Origin: Opitutaceae bacterium
GTDB taxonomy: Bacteria > Verrucomicrobiota > Verrucomicrobiia > Opitutales > Opitutaceae
Length of the DNA: 64,000 nt
Reading direction: 5' to 3'
NCBI GenBank assembly: GCA_044358025.1
Contig: JBIKOK010000004.1
Span: forward strand, 853-64,852
Made by a program: the position numbers and the translations under genes. Below, piece by piece: positions 47,016-56,411 of this stretch (position 1 is its first letter; the number at the start of each line of letters is the position of its first letter). The notes under the pieces were generated by a model. That model did no database searches. It was given only the letters and a program-made list of their open reading frames with translations, and was not told the DNA's origin.

Positions 47016-47849
47016 TCATCGCAGCCGCCGGTGGAGCGCCTCCAGGGCCTGCTGCAATGCGTCGACCTGCTTGCGGAGATCGGCCACATCGTCGGCCGCG
47101 GACGGCAGTCCGGTGCCGGCGAGCCGGGTTCGACGCGCTTCGTCCTCCATCTCCTGGCGGGCTTCTTCCATGCCGGTCACGATCACGCCGATCAGGAGGT
47201 TTAACGTGATCATCGTGCCGAGGAGAATAAACGAAATGAAGTAACCAATCGTCAGAATCGTGCCCGGGCCGGCGGCGAGCTGCGTGCGCATGATGTCGGC
47301 CCAGCCCTCCAGGGTGACGACTTGGAACAGCGCCAGCGCCGAGGCGCCCAACGAACCGAAGTGGGCGGGATCGGCTTTGCCGAAGAGCGAAACCCCGACG
47401 ACCGCGTAGACGTAAAAGAGCACGACCAGCAGCACGCCGACATAGGCCATGGAGGGAATACTCTTCAGCAGCGCCGTCACGAGAATCTGGAGGCGAGGCA
47501 GCGCCGTGATGAGCCGGAGAACCCGGAGCACGCGGGCGAGGCGCAGCACGGCGGAATATTCGGCCCCGAGCGGCAGCAGGCAGAAGGCGACGATCGCGAA
47601 GTCGAAGAGGTTCCAGGGGTCGCGGAAAAACCGCCACGGCCGGGCGCCGTGCGCACCGCAACGCACCAGCAACTCCACGACGAAGAGCGCCAGCACAAGA
47701 CGGTCGGCCGCCCCGAGCCACGGACCGATCTGCGCCATGAGCGCGGCGTTGGTTTCGAGGCCGACCAACACCCCGGCGACGAGAATCAAGCCCAGCACAA
47801 ACCGCTGGAAGACGACCGAGTCGATCAGGCGTTGGCAAAATGAAGACAT
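47016..47849 (-). CDS. BacNaV-family voltage-gated cation channel (6TM, single domain) with TLEGWAD selectivity filter
   Basis: 277 aa. S4 has Arg at every third position (VLRLARVLRVLRLITALPRLQ). The pore FQVVTLEGWADIM (filter codons 47295..47315) is closely similar to the NaChBac FQVVTLESWAS. C-terminal coiled coil DDVADLRKQVDALQQALEALHRRLR. Confidence 0.88.
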   Translation of the reverse strand: MSSFCQRLIDSVVFQRFVLGLILVAGVLVGLETNAALMAQIGPWLGAADRLVLALFVVELLVRCGAHGARPWRFFRDPWNLFDFAIVAFCLLPLGAEYSAVLRLARVLRVLRLITALPRLQILVTALLKSIPSMAYVGVLLVVLFYVYAVVGVSLFGKADPAHFGSLGASALALFQVVTLEGWADIMRTQLAAGPGTILTIGYFISFILLGTMITLNLLIGVIVTGMEEARQEMEDEARRTRLAGTGLPSAADDVADLRKQVDALQQALEALHRRLR

Positions 47850-47884
47850 GGTTGGAATCCTGTCGGATAAGGGGGTGCCGGGAC

Positions 47885-48835
47885 TTACGCGCCCCGGATC
47901 AGGGCGGGAAGCTGGCCGAGGTTGAGGCTGTTGGCCCGCGACTGGATTTCGGGCATGAGCCGGGCACCTTGCGTTTTCGCGCTGCCCAACAGCTCTTGAA
48001 AGGTCGCCTTGAGTTGGAGCGCCCCGAGCGTGCGGCCTCCGGCGTAGTAGCGTTGGGCCAGCTGACCGAGGGCGTAGGTCGTGGCGAAGGTCAGAGCCGG
48101 CCCAGTCGCCGCCGAAGCCAGCGAGCCGACGAACCCGCCGCCCGCCCGTCCCACCAGCCCGCCCAGAAACTTCCGCGCGATCCCCTCGAAGGCCTGCGAC
48201 GCCAAGCCAAGACCGAGCACACCGAGGAATTCTTTCACGTGGCCGATATCGAGGCTATGGCCGTAGTGGCGGCCGATGCGGTAAACGAGGTGAGTTTGCA
48301 CGGGCAAAACGGCGAGCGTCGCCGCCGACTGGGGCAAGAGCTCAAGGGCGCCGGCCAGGATCGCGGTCGTGCGAATCGAGGCCTCCAGGGCGGGATCGGG
48401 TGCACGCCCAGCGGTCGCGGCGGGTGCGGGCGGCGACGCCGGAGCGGACAAGGCCGCGGGAACCGCCGCAGCGCGGGCGACGGCATCCGTCAAACGCAGC
48501 GACATTTCGGTCTGCGCGACGGGCAAACGCAGCTGCTCGGCGAGGGCGTTGAGAAACCGGATCTCGGCGTCGTTGCGATGACCGTCGGCCTCGATCGCAC
48601 AGACCGCCATCTCGTAGGCGAGCGAGCGCGCCTCGGGGCTCGTCAGGCCGGCCACCGCATCCGCGAGCGAACTCTGTTTGAGCAAAACCCGCTGAACCAA
48701 CAGCGGAGCGTCGGGGATGGCGAGGTTCTCCAGCAGCGTGCGGATCTGGGCACGCTCGGCTTCGGATTTGTGGCCATCGCAAAAGGCGGCCGAAAGGGCG
48801 ATCAGGGCGATGCTCTCTTTTTCACGGTGGTTCAT
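47885..48835 (-). CDS. TerB-like N-terminal domain protein with DUF697-like C-terminal membrane-associated domain
   Basis: ATG at 48835 (MNHREKESIALIALSAAFCDGHKSEAERAQI...). A second TerB-type helix pair is SLAYEMAVCAIEADGHRNDAEIRFLNALAEQL. An Ala/Pro linker follows, then LPVQTHLVYRIGRHYGHSLD...GLGLASQAF. The DUF697 assignment is tentative. Confidence 0.65.
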   Translation of the reverse strand: MNHREKESIALIALSAAFCDGHKSEAERAQIRTLLENLAIPDAPLLVQRVLLKQSSLADAVAGLTSPEARSLAYEMAVCAIEADGHRNDAEIRFLNALAEQLRLPVAQTEMSLRLTDAVARAAAVPAALSAPASPPAPAATAGRAPDPALEASIRTTAILAGALELLPQSAATLAVLPVQTHLVYRIGRHYGHSLDIGHVKEFLGVLGLGLASQAFEGIARKFLGGLVGRAGGGFVGSLASAATGPALTFATTYALGQLAQRYYAGGRTLGALQLKATFQELLGSAKTQGARLMPEIQSRANSLNLGQLPALIRGA

Positions 48836-48971
48836 GCCAAAAACGAAGCCCGCTGAAACGACTGCGCGCAATCGCCCGCCGGAATTTTGGAATCAAAGGA
48901 ATCCATTCTAGACCCGAGCCGAAAGATTCGCCCCGCCGTTGACGCCCCGGCGAAGCGGCGTCTGTTGTCCG

Positions 48972-49514
48972 ATGAATAGATCCCTTCAGGTCGTCGCCTG
49001 CGCGCTCGGTTGTCTCTGCTGGAGCGGCTGCGCCACGAAGCAACCGCCGCTGAAGACCGTCGAACGCGTCGATCTCCCCCGCTACATGGGCCCCTGGTAT
49101 GTGATCGCGGCGATTCCCACGTTCATCGAGACCCAGGCGTACAACGGCGTGGAGACCTACCGGCTCGATCCGGACGGGACCATCGACACGGTGTTCACGT
49201 TCAACGAAGGCGGGTTCGACGGGCCGGCCAAGCGCCACAACCCGCGCGGTTTCGTGCAAGACACGGTGAACAACTCCACGTGGGGCATGCAGTTCATCTG
49301 GCCCTTCAAGGCGGAGTTCCTGATTACGCACCTCAACGCGGACTACACCCAGACCGTGATCGGGCGAAACAAACGCGACTATGTGTGGATCATGGCCCGC
49401 ACCCCGGAAATCCCCGCAGCCGACTACCGGCGCTTGCTGGGTGAGTTGGAAGCACAGGGTTACGACCTCACCAAAATCCGCAAGGTGCCCCAGCGCTGGC
49501 CCGCGAAGAACTAG
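48972..49514 (+). CDS. blc: bacterial lipocalin (Blc-like outer-membrane lipoprotein)
   Basis: ATG at 48972 gives the lipobox CLCWSGC. VDLPRYMGPWYVIAAIPTFIE is the lipocalin SCR1 (G-x-W) block. YTQTVIGRNKRDYVWIMARTP is the typical Blc C-terminal block. Confidence 0.85.
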   Translation: MNRSLQVVACALGCLCWSGCATKQPPLKTVERVDLPRYMGPWYVIAAIPTFIETQAYNGVETYRLDPDGTIDTVFTFNEGGFDGPAKRHNPRGFVQDTVNNSTWGMQFIWPFKAEFLITHLNADYTQTVIGRNKRDYVWIMARTPEIPAADYRRLLGELEAQGYDLTKIRKVPQRWPAKN

Positions 49515-49706
49515 GCCCGCGGCGAAACGGCGGCGCGCCGCGGCGCGCAAATTCGGTCGCGCCCGCCACTCCAGGTCACACCCGCGCGTGACCCTTCGCC
49601 GGTCTCGGACAGCCGGGCCGACGATGGCGGTGGATTTCTTCTTCTCCGCTCTTTCCTCCGCCGGCGACTTCCGCCCTGATGGCGGCAGGCCGCACCGCCT
49701 GCCCCT

Positions 49707-51065
49707 ATGCCCCCCCGCCGCTCTCTCCTCCCCCTCGCGTTTTCCCTCCTTCTCTCCCTCACAGCCGCGGCAACCGCTGCTGCGGCCTCGGCCGCCCCCG
49801 CGCCGAAACCCAACATCGTCTACATCCTCGCCGACGACCTGGGTTACGCCGACGCCGGCTTCAACGGCGGCACCGATATCAAGACCCCGCACCTCGACCA
49901 GCTCGCCCGCGACGGTGCGAATCTGAAATCGTTCTACGCGCAACCCGTCTGCTCGCCGACACGCGCCGCGCTCCTCACCGGGCGCTACCCGTCGCACACC
50001 GGCGTCTACGGCGTCGTCCGCCCCCACGCCCCGTGGGGTCTCCCACTCGCAGAGCGCACGCTGCCCCACGCCCTCCGCGACGTCGGCTACGAAACCGCCC
50101 TCGTCGGCAAATGGCACCTCGGCGAATCCGACGCCGCCTACCGCCCCACCCGCCGCGGCTTCGATCACCAATACGGCCTCTGGTTCGGCAACGTCGATTA
50201 CTTCACCCATCTGCGCGACGGCGTCCTCGACTGGCATCACAACGACGAACCTTCCCATGACGAGGGCTACACCACCCACCTGATCGCCCACGAAGCGACC
50301 CGCCGGATCCGCGAGAAAAAACCCGGCCAACCCCTCTTCCTCTACGTCGCGTTCAACGCCGTGCACGATCCCCTCCAGGTCCCCGACCGCTATCTCGTGC
50401 CCTACGCCCACCTCGAGGGCGCCCGCCGCACCTACGCCGGCATGCTCGCCGCCATGGACGAGGGCATCGGCCAAATCCTCGCGGCCCTCGACCAAGCCGG
50501 ACTGCGCGAAAACACCCTCGTGATTTTCTCCGGCGACAACGGCGGCCCCCAACCCGGCAAAATCACCTCCAACGGCCCCCTCCGCGCCGGCAAGGGCACG
50601 CTCTACGAGGGTGGCGTCCGCGTCTGCGCCAGCGCCCGCTGGCCCGGTCGCATCCCCGCCGGCAGCGTCATCGACGAACCGCTCCACATCGTCGATTGGT
50701 TTCCCACGCTGTTGAAGCTCGCCGCCGCCCCCGCCGCCCAGCCGCTCCCCGTCGACGGCCGCGACGTCTGGCCCCTGCTCACCCAGGGCGCCAAATCGCC
50801 CCACGCCGCCCTCCTGCTCTGCGGCACCCAGCCCGGCGTCGCCGCCATCCGCGCCGGCGATTGGAAACTGCACGTCGGCGCCGGCGGGAAAAAAGGCTCC
50901 GGCCAAGTCGAACTCTACGACCTCGCCCGTGACCTCAGCGAAAAAAACAACCTGGCCGCCACCCACCCCGAGAAAGTCCGCGAGCTCCGCGCCCACTTCG
51001 ACCGCTTCCAAAAGACCGCCGTCCCCTCCGGCGAAAAACCCGTGGCTGCGGCCAAGAAAAAATAG
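49707..51065 (+). CDS. Cys-type sulfatase (family S1)
   Basis: Leader MPPRRSLLPLAFSLLLSLTAAATAAAASA. PNIVYILADDLGYAD and CSPTRAALLTGR. C-terminal ELYDLARDLSEKNNLAATHPEKV. Confidence 0.9.
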   Translation: MPPRRSLLPLAFSLLLSLTAAATAAAASAAPAPKPNIVYILADDLGYADAGFNGGTDIKTPHLDQLARDGANLKSFYAQPVCSPTRAALLTGRYPSHTGVYGVVRPHAPWGLPLAERTLPHALRDVGYETALVGKWHLGESDAAYRPTRRGFDHQYGLWFGNVDYFTHLRDGVLDWHHNDEPSHDEGYTTHLIAHEATRRIREKKPGQPLFLYVAFNAVHDPLQVPDRYLVPYAHLEGARRTYAGMLAAMDEGIGQILAALDQAGLRENTLVIFSGDNGGPQPGKITSNGPLRAGKGTLYEGGVRVCASARWPGRIPAGSVIDEPLHIVDWFPTLLKLAAAPAAQPLPVDGRDVWPLLTQGAKSPHAALLLCGTQPGVAAIRAGDWKLHVGAGGKKGSGQVELYDLARDLSEKNNLAATHPEKVRELRAHFDRFQKTAVPSGEKPVAAAKKK

Positions 51066-51116
51066 CCCCCACCCCCTCTCTCCTCCGGTCTCCGCCCCGC
51101 CGCTCACGCTCGCCCC

Positions 51117-52748
51117 ATGAACTTTTCCGCCGCCCTCGTCCCCCTCTCCTTCGCCCTCGCTCTCCTTTTTCCCCTCTCCGCAGCGGCCGCCGCCCCTGCC
51201 GCAAGCACCGCCTCCAAACCCAACATCGTCTATATCCTCTGCGACGACCTCGGCTACGGCGACGTGCGCGCCTTCAACCCCCAGGGCAAGATCGCCACGC
51301 CGCAGATGGACCGCCTCGCGCAGGAGGGCGTGAGGTTCACCGACGCCCACAGCAGCTCCTCCGTCTGCACGCCCACCCGCTACGGCATCCTCACCGGCCG
51401 CTACAACTGGCGCTCGCGCCTCCAGAGCGGCGTGCTCGGTGGACTCAGCCCGCGCCTCATCGAACCGGGCCGCGTCACCGTCGCGTCCTTCCTCCAAGAA
51501 CAGGGCTACTTCACCGCCTGCGTCGGCAAGTGGCACCTCGGCATGGACTGGGCCAAGCACCCCGGCAAAACCGTCAGCCCCCTCAGCATTGAGACCGTCG
51601 ACCAAGTCGGCAGCGTCGACTACGCCCAACCCATCGCCAACGGCCCGCGCAGCGTCGGCTTCGATTATTTTTTCGGCATCAGCGCCTCCCTCGACATGGT
51701 CCCCTACACCTACATCGAGAACGACCGCGTCGCCGCCCTGCCCGACGTCCCCGACATGAAGTTCCCCATGACCGCCGGCCGCTCCGGGGGCTTCACCCGC
51801 ACCGGTCCCGGCGCCAAGGATTTCGCCGCCGTCGACGTGCTCCCGACCCTCACGAAAAAAGCCGTCGAGCTCATCGGCCGGCACGCCGCCGCCGCCAAGC
51901 AGGGCAAGCCTTTCTTCCTCTATCTTCCGCTCAATTCGCCGCACACCCCCATCAACCCCTCGCCCGCCTGGGCCGGCCAAAGCGGCCTCAGCCCCTACGC
52001 CGATTTCGTCATGGAGACCGACTGGGCCATCGGCGAAATCATGCGCGCCCTCGCCGCCCAAGGCCTCGACCAAACCACGCTCCTCATCGTCACCAGCGAC
52101 AACGGCTGCTCCCCCCAGGCCAACTTCGCCGAACTCCTCCCGCTCGGTCACAACCCCAACCACGTCTTCCGCGGCCACAAAGCCGACATCTACGACGGCG
52201 GCCATCACGTGCCCTTCCTCGCCCGCTGGACCGGCGTAACGCCGCCCGGCACCCGCTACGCCCCCTACGTCTGCCTCACCGATCTCATGGCCACCGTCGC
52301 CGACATCGTCGGCCGGCCGCTCCCCGCGCACGCCGGCGAGGACAGCGTGAGCCTCCTGCCCGCCCTCCGCGGCGGCACGGCCCCCGTGCGCGACACCCTC
52401 GTGCACCACTCGATCACCGGCGCGTTCTCGATTCGCCAGGGAAACTGGAAACTCGAGTTGTGCCCCGGCTCCGGCGGCTGGAGCGCGCCGACCCCCGGCC
52501 AGGAACCCAAGGACGCCCCGCGTATCCAACTCTACGATCTCGCCGCCGATCCCGGCGAAACGAAGAACGTACAGGCCGAGCACCCCGCCCTCGTCGCCCG
52601 CCTGACCGACCTCCTCAAACACCAGGTCGCCCAGGGCCGCAGCACCCCCGGCGCCCGCCAGGCCAACACCGTCGAGCCCGACATTATGCGCGGCACCGTC
52701 GTCGCCACCCCGAAAAAAGCCAAACGCGCCGCCCCACCCGCGCCCTGA
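51117..52748 (+). CDS. Cys-type sulfatase (family S1)
   Basis: Leader MNFSAALVPLSFALALLFPLSAAAA. PNIVYILCDDLGYGD and CTPTRYGILTGR. C-terminal QLYDLAADPGETKNVQAEHPALVARL. Confidence 0.9.
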   Translation: MNFSAALVPLSFALALLFPLSAAAAAPAASTASKPNIVYILCDDLGYGDVRAFNPQGKIATPQMDRLAQEGVRFTDAHSSSSVCTPTRYGILTGRYNWRSRLQSGVLGGLSPRLIEPGRVTVASFLQEQGYFTACVGKWHLGMDWAKHPGKTVSPLSIETVDQVGSVDYAQPIANGPRSVGFDYFFGISASLDMVPYTYIENDRVAALPDVPDMKFPMTAGRSGGFTRTGPGAKDFAAVDVLPTLTKKAVELIGRHAAAAKQGKPFFLYLPLNSPHTPINPSPAWAGQSGLSPYADFVMETDWAIGEIMRALAAQGLDQTTLLIVTSDNGCSPQANFAELLPLGHNPNHVFRGHKADIYDGGHHVPFLARWTGVTPPGTRYAPYVCLTDLMATVADIVGRPLPAHAGEDSVSLLPALRGGTAPVRDTLVHHSITGAFSIRQGNWKLELCPGSGGWSAPTPGQEPKDAPRIQLYDLAADPGETKNVQAEHPALVARLTDLLKHQVAQGRSTPGARQANTVEPDIMRGTVVATPKKAKRAAPPAP

Positions 52749-53028
52749 CCACGGTTTCTACCCGTCGGCCCGCCCGTCGCCACGGCGGCGGCGCCGCGGG
52801 CGCTTCGGCCCGTGCGCGGAGGCCTCCGTTGGCGCTGAGCGCCTCCGATTTGCCCTTTGGCTTGAATCGACCCGAGCACCGCACCCAGCCGTCGTTTGGC
52901 TCCAGCCCGAGCTGAGCCAGTTCCCGCTCTTCAGCACGCCACAACCGTGCGCGCCGCAGCGCGGCCTTGTTTTTTCCCTCCGCCGCCGCTGAATCGCGGC
53001 CGGCCGTCTCCTCGTCGGCCGTCGCACT

Positions 53029-54879
53029 GTGCCCCCTCCTTTCATCCTCGGACTCTCCGGTTACTACCACGACAGCGCGGCCTGCCTGGTCGGCGGCGGG
53101 GAAATCATCGCGGCCGCCCAGGAGGAGCGGTTCACCCGCATCAAACACGACCCCCGCTTTCCCGCGCGTGCGGTCGACTACGTGTTGCAGGCCGGCGGCC
53201 TCACGCCGGATCAAATCGACTACGTGGTCTTCTACGAAAAACCGTTCCTCAAGTTCGACCGTCTCCTCGAAACCTATCTCGCCCACGCCCCCGCCGGCCT
53301 GCGCTCCTTCCTCCTCGCGATGCCACCGTGGCTCCGCACCAAGCTGCATCTCCCCCGCGAAATCCGCCGCGCCCTCGGTGGTCGCCTGCGCCACGAAATC
53401 GTCTTCACCCACCACCACGAAGCGCACGCCGCGAGTGCGTTTTTCCCGTCGCCCTTCGCCGAGGCCGCGATCCTCACCGTCGACGGCGTCGGCGAATGGG
53501 ACACCGCGACCATCGGCCACGGCCGGGGCCACCGCCTCGAGCTCCTGAAGACGCTGCACTTCCCCCATTCCCTCGGGCTGCTCTACAGCGCGGTCACCGC
53601 GTTCTGCGGCTTCACCGTCAACTCCGGCGAATACAAACTCATGGGCCTCGCCCCCTACGGCCGCCCGCGTTTCGCCGACACCCTCCTCGCCCACGTCGTC
53701 GACCTCAAACCGGACGGCTCGCTCGCCCTCGACCTGAGTTATTTCGACTACTGCACGGGCCTGCGCATGACCTCGCGAAAAATCGAAACCCTCTTCGAGG
53801 GTCCCCCGCGCACTCCCGAGGCCCCCCTCACCCAGCGCGAAATGGACCTCGCCGCCTCCATCCAGTTCGTCACCGAAGAGGCCGTGCTCCGCATGGCTCG
53901 CGAGGCCCAACGCCTGACCGGCGCGCGCAACCTGTGTCTCGCCGGCGGCGTCGCGCTCAACGGCGTCGCCAATGGAAAACTCGCGCGCGCCAAAATCTTC
54001 GACGCCCTTTTCGTCCCACCCGCGCCCGGGGACGCCGGCGCTGCCCTCGGCGCCGCGCTCTTCGTGCACCACCACTTGCTCGGCCACCCCCGCGTGACCA
54101 CCGGCCGCGACACGCTGCGCGGCTCGCTCCTCGGCCCGGCATTCGGCAACGACGACATTCCACCCGTGCTCGACCGCCTCGGCCTCCGCTACGAGCGCCT
54201 CGACGACGAGGCCGCCCTCCTCCGCACGACCGCCGCCGCGATCGCCAGCGGCCGGGTCGTCGGCTGGTTTCACGGCCGCATGGAGTTCGGCCCGCGCGCC
54301 CTCGGCGCCCGCAGTATTCTCGGCGACGCCCGCCACCCCACGATGCAGTCGACCCTGAATCTCCGCGTGAAATTCCGGGAGTCGTTCCGCCCCTTCGCCC
54401 CGGCCGTCCTCGCCGAGGACGCCGCGCAGTATTTCGACCTCACCGGCGAATCGCCCCACATGGCCCTCGTCGCCGCCGTGCGACCGGCTTTGCGCCGCGA
54501 ACCCACCGCCGCCGACGCCGCTCTCGCCGCCGATCCGGACTTGCGCCAACGCCTCGGCGTCGCCCGCTCCACGCTCCCCGCCGTCACCCACGTCGACCAC
54601 TCCGCCCGCGTGCAGACCGTCGACGAACCCCGGCACGGGCGGTTCTACCGCCTGCTGCACGAGTTCAAACGGCAGACCGGCTGCAGCGTCGTCATCAACA
54701 CGAGCTTCAATGTCCGCGGGGAACCGATCGTCGGCACCCCCGAAGAGGCGTGCCGCTGTTTCCTCGCCACCGAGATGGACGTGCTCGTGCTGGAAAACTT
54801 CGTGCTGCGGCGCACGGAGCAACGCCCGCGGTCCGCCGCCGAGCGCGAACAATTCATTGCCAGCTTCCCCCGCGACTGA
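53029..54879 (+). CDS. carbamoyltransferase (NodU/CmcH/SxtI family)
   Basis: GTG start. ILGLSGYYHDSAACLVGGGEIIAAAQEERFTRIKHDPRFP is the family N-terminus. GVGEWDTATIG follows. The C-terminal transferase domain contains AVTHVDHSARVQTV and VVINTSFNVRGEPIV. Confidence 0.9.
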   Translation: MPPPFILGLSGYYHDSAACLVGGGEIIAAAQEERFTRIKHDPRFPARAVDYVLQAGGLTPDQIDYVVFYEKPFLKFDRLLETYLAHAPAGLRSFLLAMPPWLRTKLHLPREIRRALGGRLRHEIVFTHHHEAHAASAFFPSPFAEAAILTVDGVGEWDTATIGHGRGHRLELLKTLHFPHSLGLLYSAVTAFCGFTVNSGEYKLMGLAPYGRPRFADTLLAHVVDLKPDGSLALDLSYFDYCTGLRMTSRKIETLFEGPPRTPEAPLTQREMDLAASIQFVTEEAVLRMAREAQRLTGARNLCLAGGVALNGVANGKLARAKIFDALFVPPAPGDAGAALGAALFVHHHLLGHPRVTTGRDTLRGSLLGPAFGNDDIPPVLDRLGLRYERLDDEAALLRTTAAAIASGRVVGWFHGRMEFGPRALGARSILGDARHPTMQSTLNLRVKFRESFRPFAPAVLAEDAAQYFDLTGESPHMALVAAVRPALRREPTAADAALAADPDLRQRLGVARSTLPAVTHVDHSARVQTVDEPRHGRFYRLLHEFKRQTGCSVVINTSFNVRGEPIVGTPEEACRCFLATEMDVLVLENFVLRRTEQRPRSAAEREQFIASFPRD

Positions 54880-54893
54880 GGAAACTCCCTCCC

Positions 54894-55334
54894 GTGCTGA
54901 ATCCGTTTCACGAGGTCAACTGGCGTCCCGGCCGGCCGGAGCGGCGAAAATTTGCTGCGAGCCTCGTCGTCGGGTTTCCGTGCGTCGCGACCGCGCTCCT
55001 CATCGCCCAACGCGTTCACTCCGGCACGTGGATTTTTTCCCCCGCTCTCCCGCTCGCGGCCGCCGGCGTCACCCTCGGCGCGATCCTAGGGGCGTTCCCG
55101 CAGATCGCGCGGCCGTTCTACCTCGTCTGGTATGGCGTCGCCTGCGCCCTCGGTTTCGTCACCGGCAACGCCCTCCTCGCCGCCGTTTACTTCCTGCTCG
55201 TGACGCCCACCGGCTGGGTGCGGCGCGCGCTCGGCCGACCGGCCTTTGCCAAAACGTTTGATCGCCGCGCGACGACCTATTGGCGCGACGCGCCAAAACC
55301 CGCCGCCGCTTCCCGCTACTATCGGCAATTCTAA
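54894..55334 (+). CDS. SxtJ-like small membrane protein
   Basis: The GTG at 54894 lies 14 nt after the carbamoyltransferase stop. 146 aa with three hydrophobic helices (LVVGFPCVATALLIA, LPLAAAGVTLGAILGAF, YLVWYGVACALGFVTGNALLAAVYFLLVTP) and a basic tail. The family is assigned from architecture and context. Confidence 0.6.
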   Translation: MLNPFHEVNWRPGRPERRKFAASLVVGFPCVATALLIAQRVHSGTWIFSPALPLAAAGVTLGAILGAFPQIARPFYLVWYGVACALGFVTGNALLAAVYFLLVTPTGWVRRALGRPAFAKTFDRRATTYWRDAPKPAAASRYYRQF

Positions 55335-55343
55335 CCGCGCCCG

Positions 55344-55541
55344 ATGAACGACGATCCGCCCCAGGAATTTCACGAGGCCGGCCGGCAACCACCGCCCGGG
55401 GTCGTCCGGGAATTTTTGCTCTTCCTCCGCACGAACAAAAAATTCTGGCTGCTTCCGCTCCTCTCCGCGCTGCTGCTGATCGGCCTCGTCGCCTTCCTCG
55501 GCGGCACCGCCGCCGCGCCCTTCATCTACTCGCTGTTCTGA
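55344..55541 (+). CDS. DUF5989 (SxtK-like) small membrane protein
   Basis: 65 aa. VVREFLLFLRTNKKFWLLPLLSALLLIGLVAFLGGTAAAPFIYSLF is the typical single-helix DUF5989 pattern. It starts 9 nt after the upstream stop. Confidence 0.65.
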   Translation: MNDDPPQEFHEAGRQPPPGVVREFLLFLRTNKKFWLLPLLSALLLIGLVAFLGGTAAAPFIYSLF

Positions 55542-55543
55542 AG

Positions 55544-56383
55544 CTACGGCGTCGGCAGCGGCACTTCCGCCCAGCGCGCAAACTCCTCCTGCCACGCCGG
55601 CGGGGCGGCGGCCGTCGGCGGGAATTTCGCCTTCAGCATCGCCTGCTGCTTCGTGGTCAGCCCGCGCGCGGCCCACCAGTTCGCATCGGTGAAATCCGCA
55701 TCGCGGAGGTCGGCCCCGTCGAGCCGCGCCAGCGCCAGATCCGCCCCTTGGAACACCGCGGACTCCAGTTTCGCCCCCGTCAGATTGGCCCCCACCAGCT
55801 TGGCGCCGGGCAGACGGGCCATCACCAAATCCGCTTCCGACAGATCCGCGCCCGAAAAGTCCGCGTTATCCGCCTCGATCTGCGCCAGCCGGCACGCCCG
55901 GAGCACGGCCCCACGGAGCGTCGCGCCGCGCAGCATCGCGTGCAACAGACGCATCTCCACCATCGCCGCCTGGTCCAATTTCGCACCGGTCAAATCCGCC
56001 AGCTCCAGCGAACCCCCGCTCAGTTTCGCCCCGGTGAGATCGGCCCCCGCCAGGTTGGCCCGCAGAAACTGCGCGCCCTGCAAATCCGCCCCCGCCAGCG
56101 CCCACCCCGCCAAATTCAGTCCGCTCACATTCGCCGCCCGCCATTCCCGGTTGCCGGCCGCCACCAGCGCGCGCAACGCCGCCGCGCGCTCGTCCGGCAT
56201 AAACCCCGGCTGGCACAGCACCCAAAAATCCCGCTCCCGCCCCTCGCCAGCTTGCGGCCCCACCGTCGTCGCCCTCCGCCACCCGGTCACCGCCAGCAGC
56301 GCGACCGCGACCAGGCCCAGCACCGCGACGGCTTGGGTCGCACGCGCCACAACAGACAGGGATGGACGTGATGGTTCACTCAT
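55544..56383 (-). CDS. membrane-anchored pentapeptide-repeat protein
   Basis: ATG at 56383 (MSEPSRPSL...AVAVLGLVAVALLAVTGW). A long run of A(D/N)LxG-type pentapeptides follows (ANLAGADLTGAKLSGGSLELADLTGAKL...ADLSEADLVMARLPGAKLVGANLTGAKL). Confidence 0.8.
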   Translation of the reverse strand: MSEPSRPSLSVVARATQAVAVLGLVAVALLAVTGWRRATTVGPQAGEGRERDFWVLCQPGFMPDERAAALRALVAAGNREWRAANVSGLNLAGWALAGADLQGAQFLRANLAGADLTGAKLSGGSLELADLTGAKLDQAAMVEMRLLHAMLRGATLRGAVLRACRLAQIEADNADFSGADLSEADLVMARLPGAKLVGANLTGAKLESAVFQGADLALARLDGADLRDADFTDANWWAARGLTTKQQAMLKAKFPPTAAAPPAWQEEFARWAEVPLPTP

Positions 56384-56411
56384 GTAGGGGTTGCCGCGAC
56401 GTTGCGTAGCG

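Noticed and set aside
48822-52622. 1266-aa minus-strand ORF spanning the lipocalin gene and two sulfatase genes. Similar long antisense ORFs occur at 2849..4237, 8369..10132, 15196..17703, 17715..20885, 29278..31974, 52684..54852, 56376..58121 and 61383..63161.
   Set aside because: These are typical shadow ORFs of GC-rich DNA. They are Gly/Ala/Arg/Val/Glu/Asp-rich, have no recognisable motifs or leaders, and each lies exactly antisense to a gene with strong family signatures.
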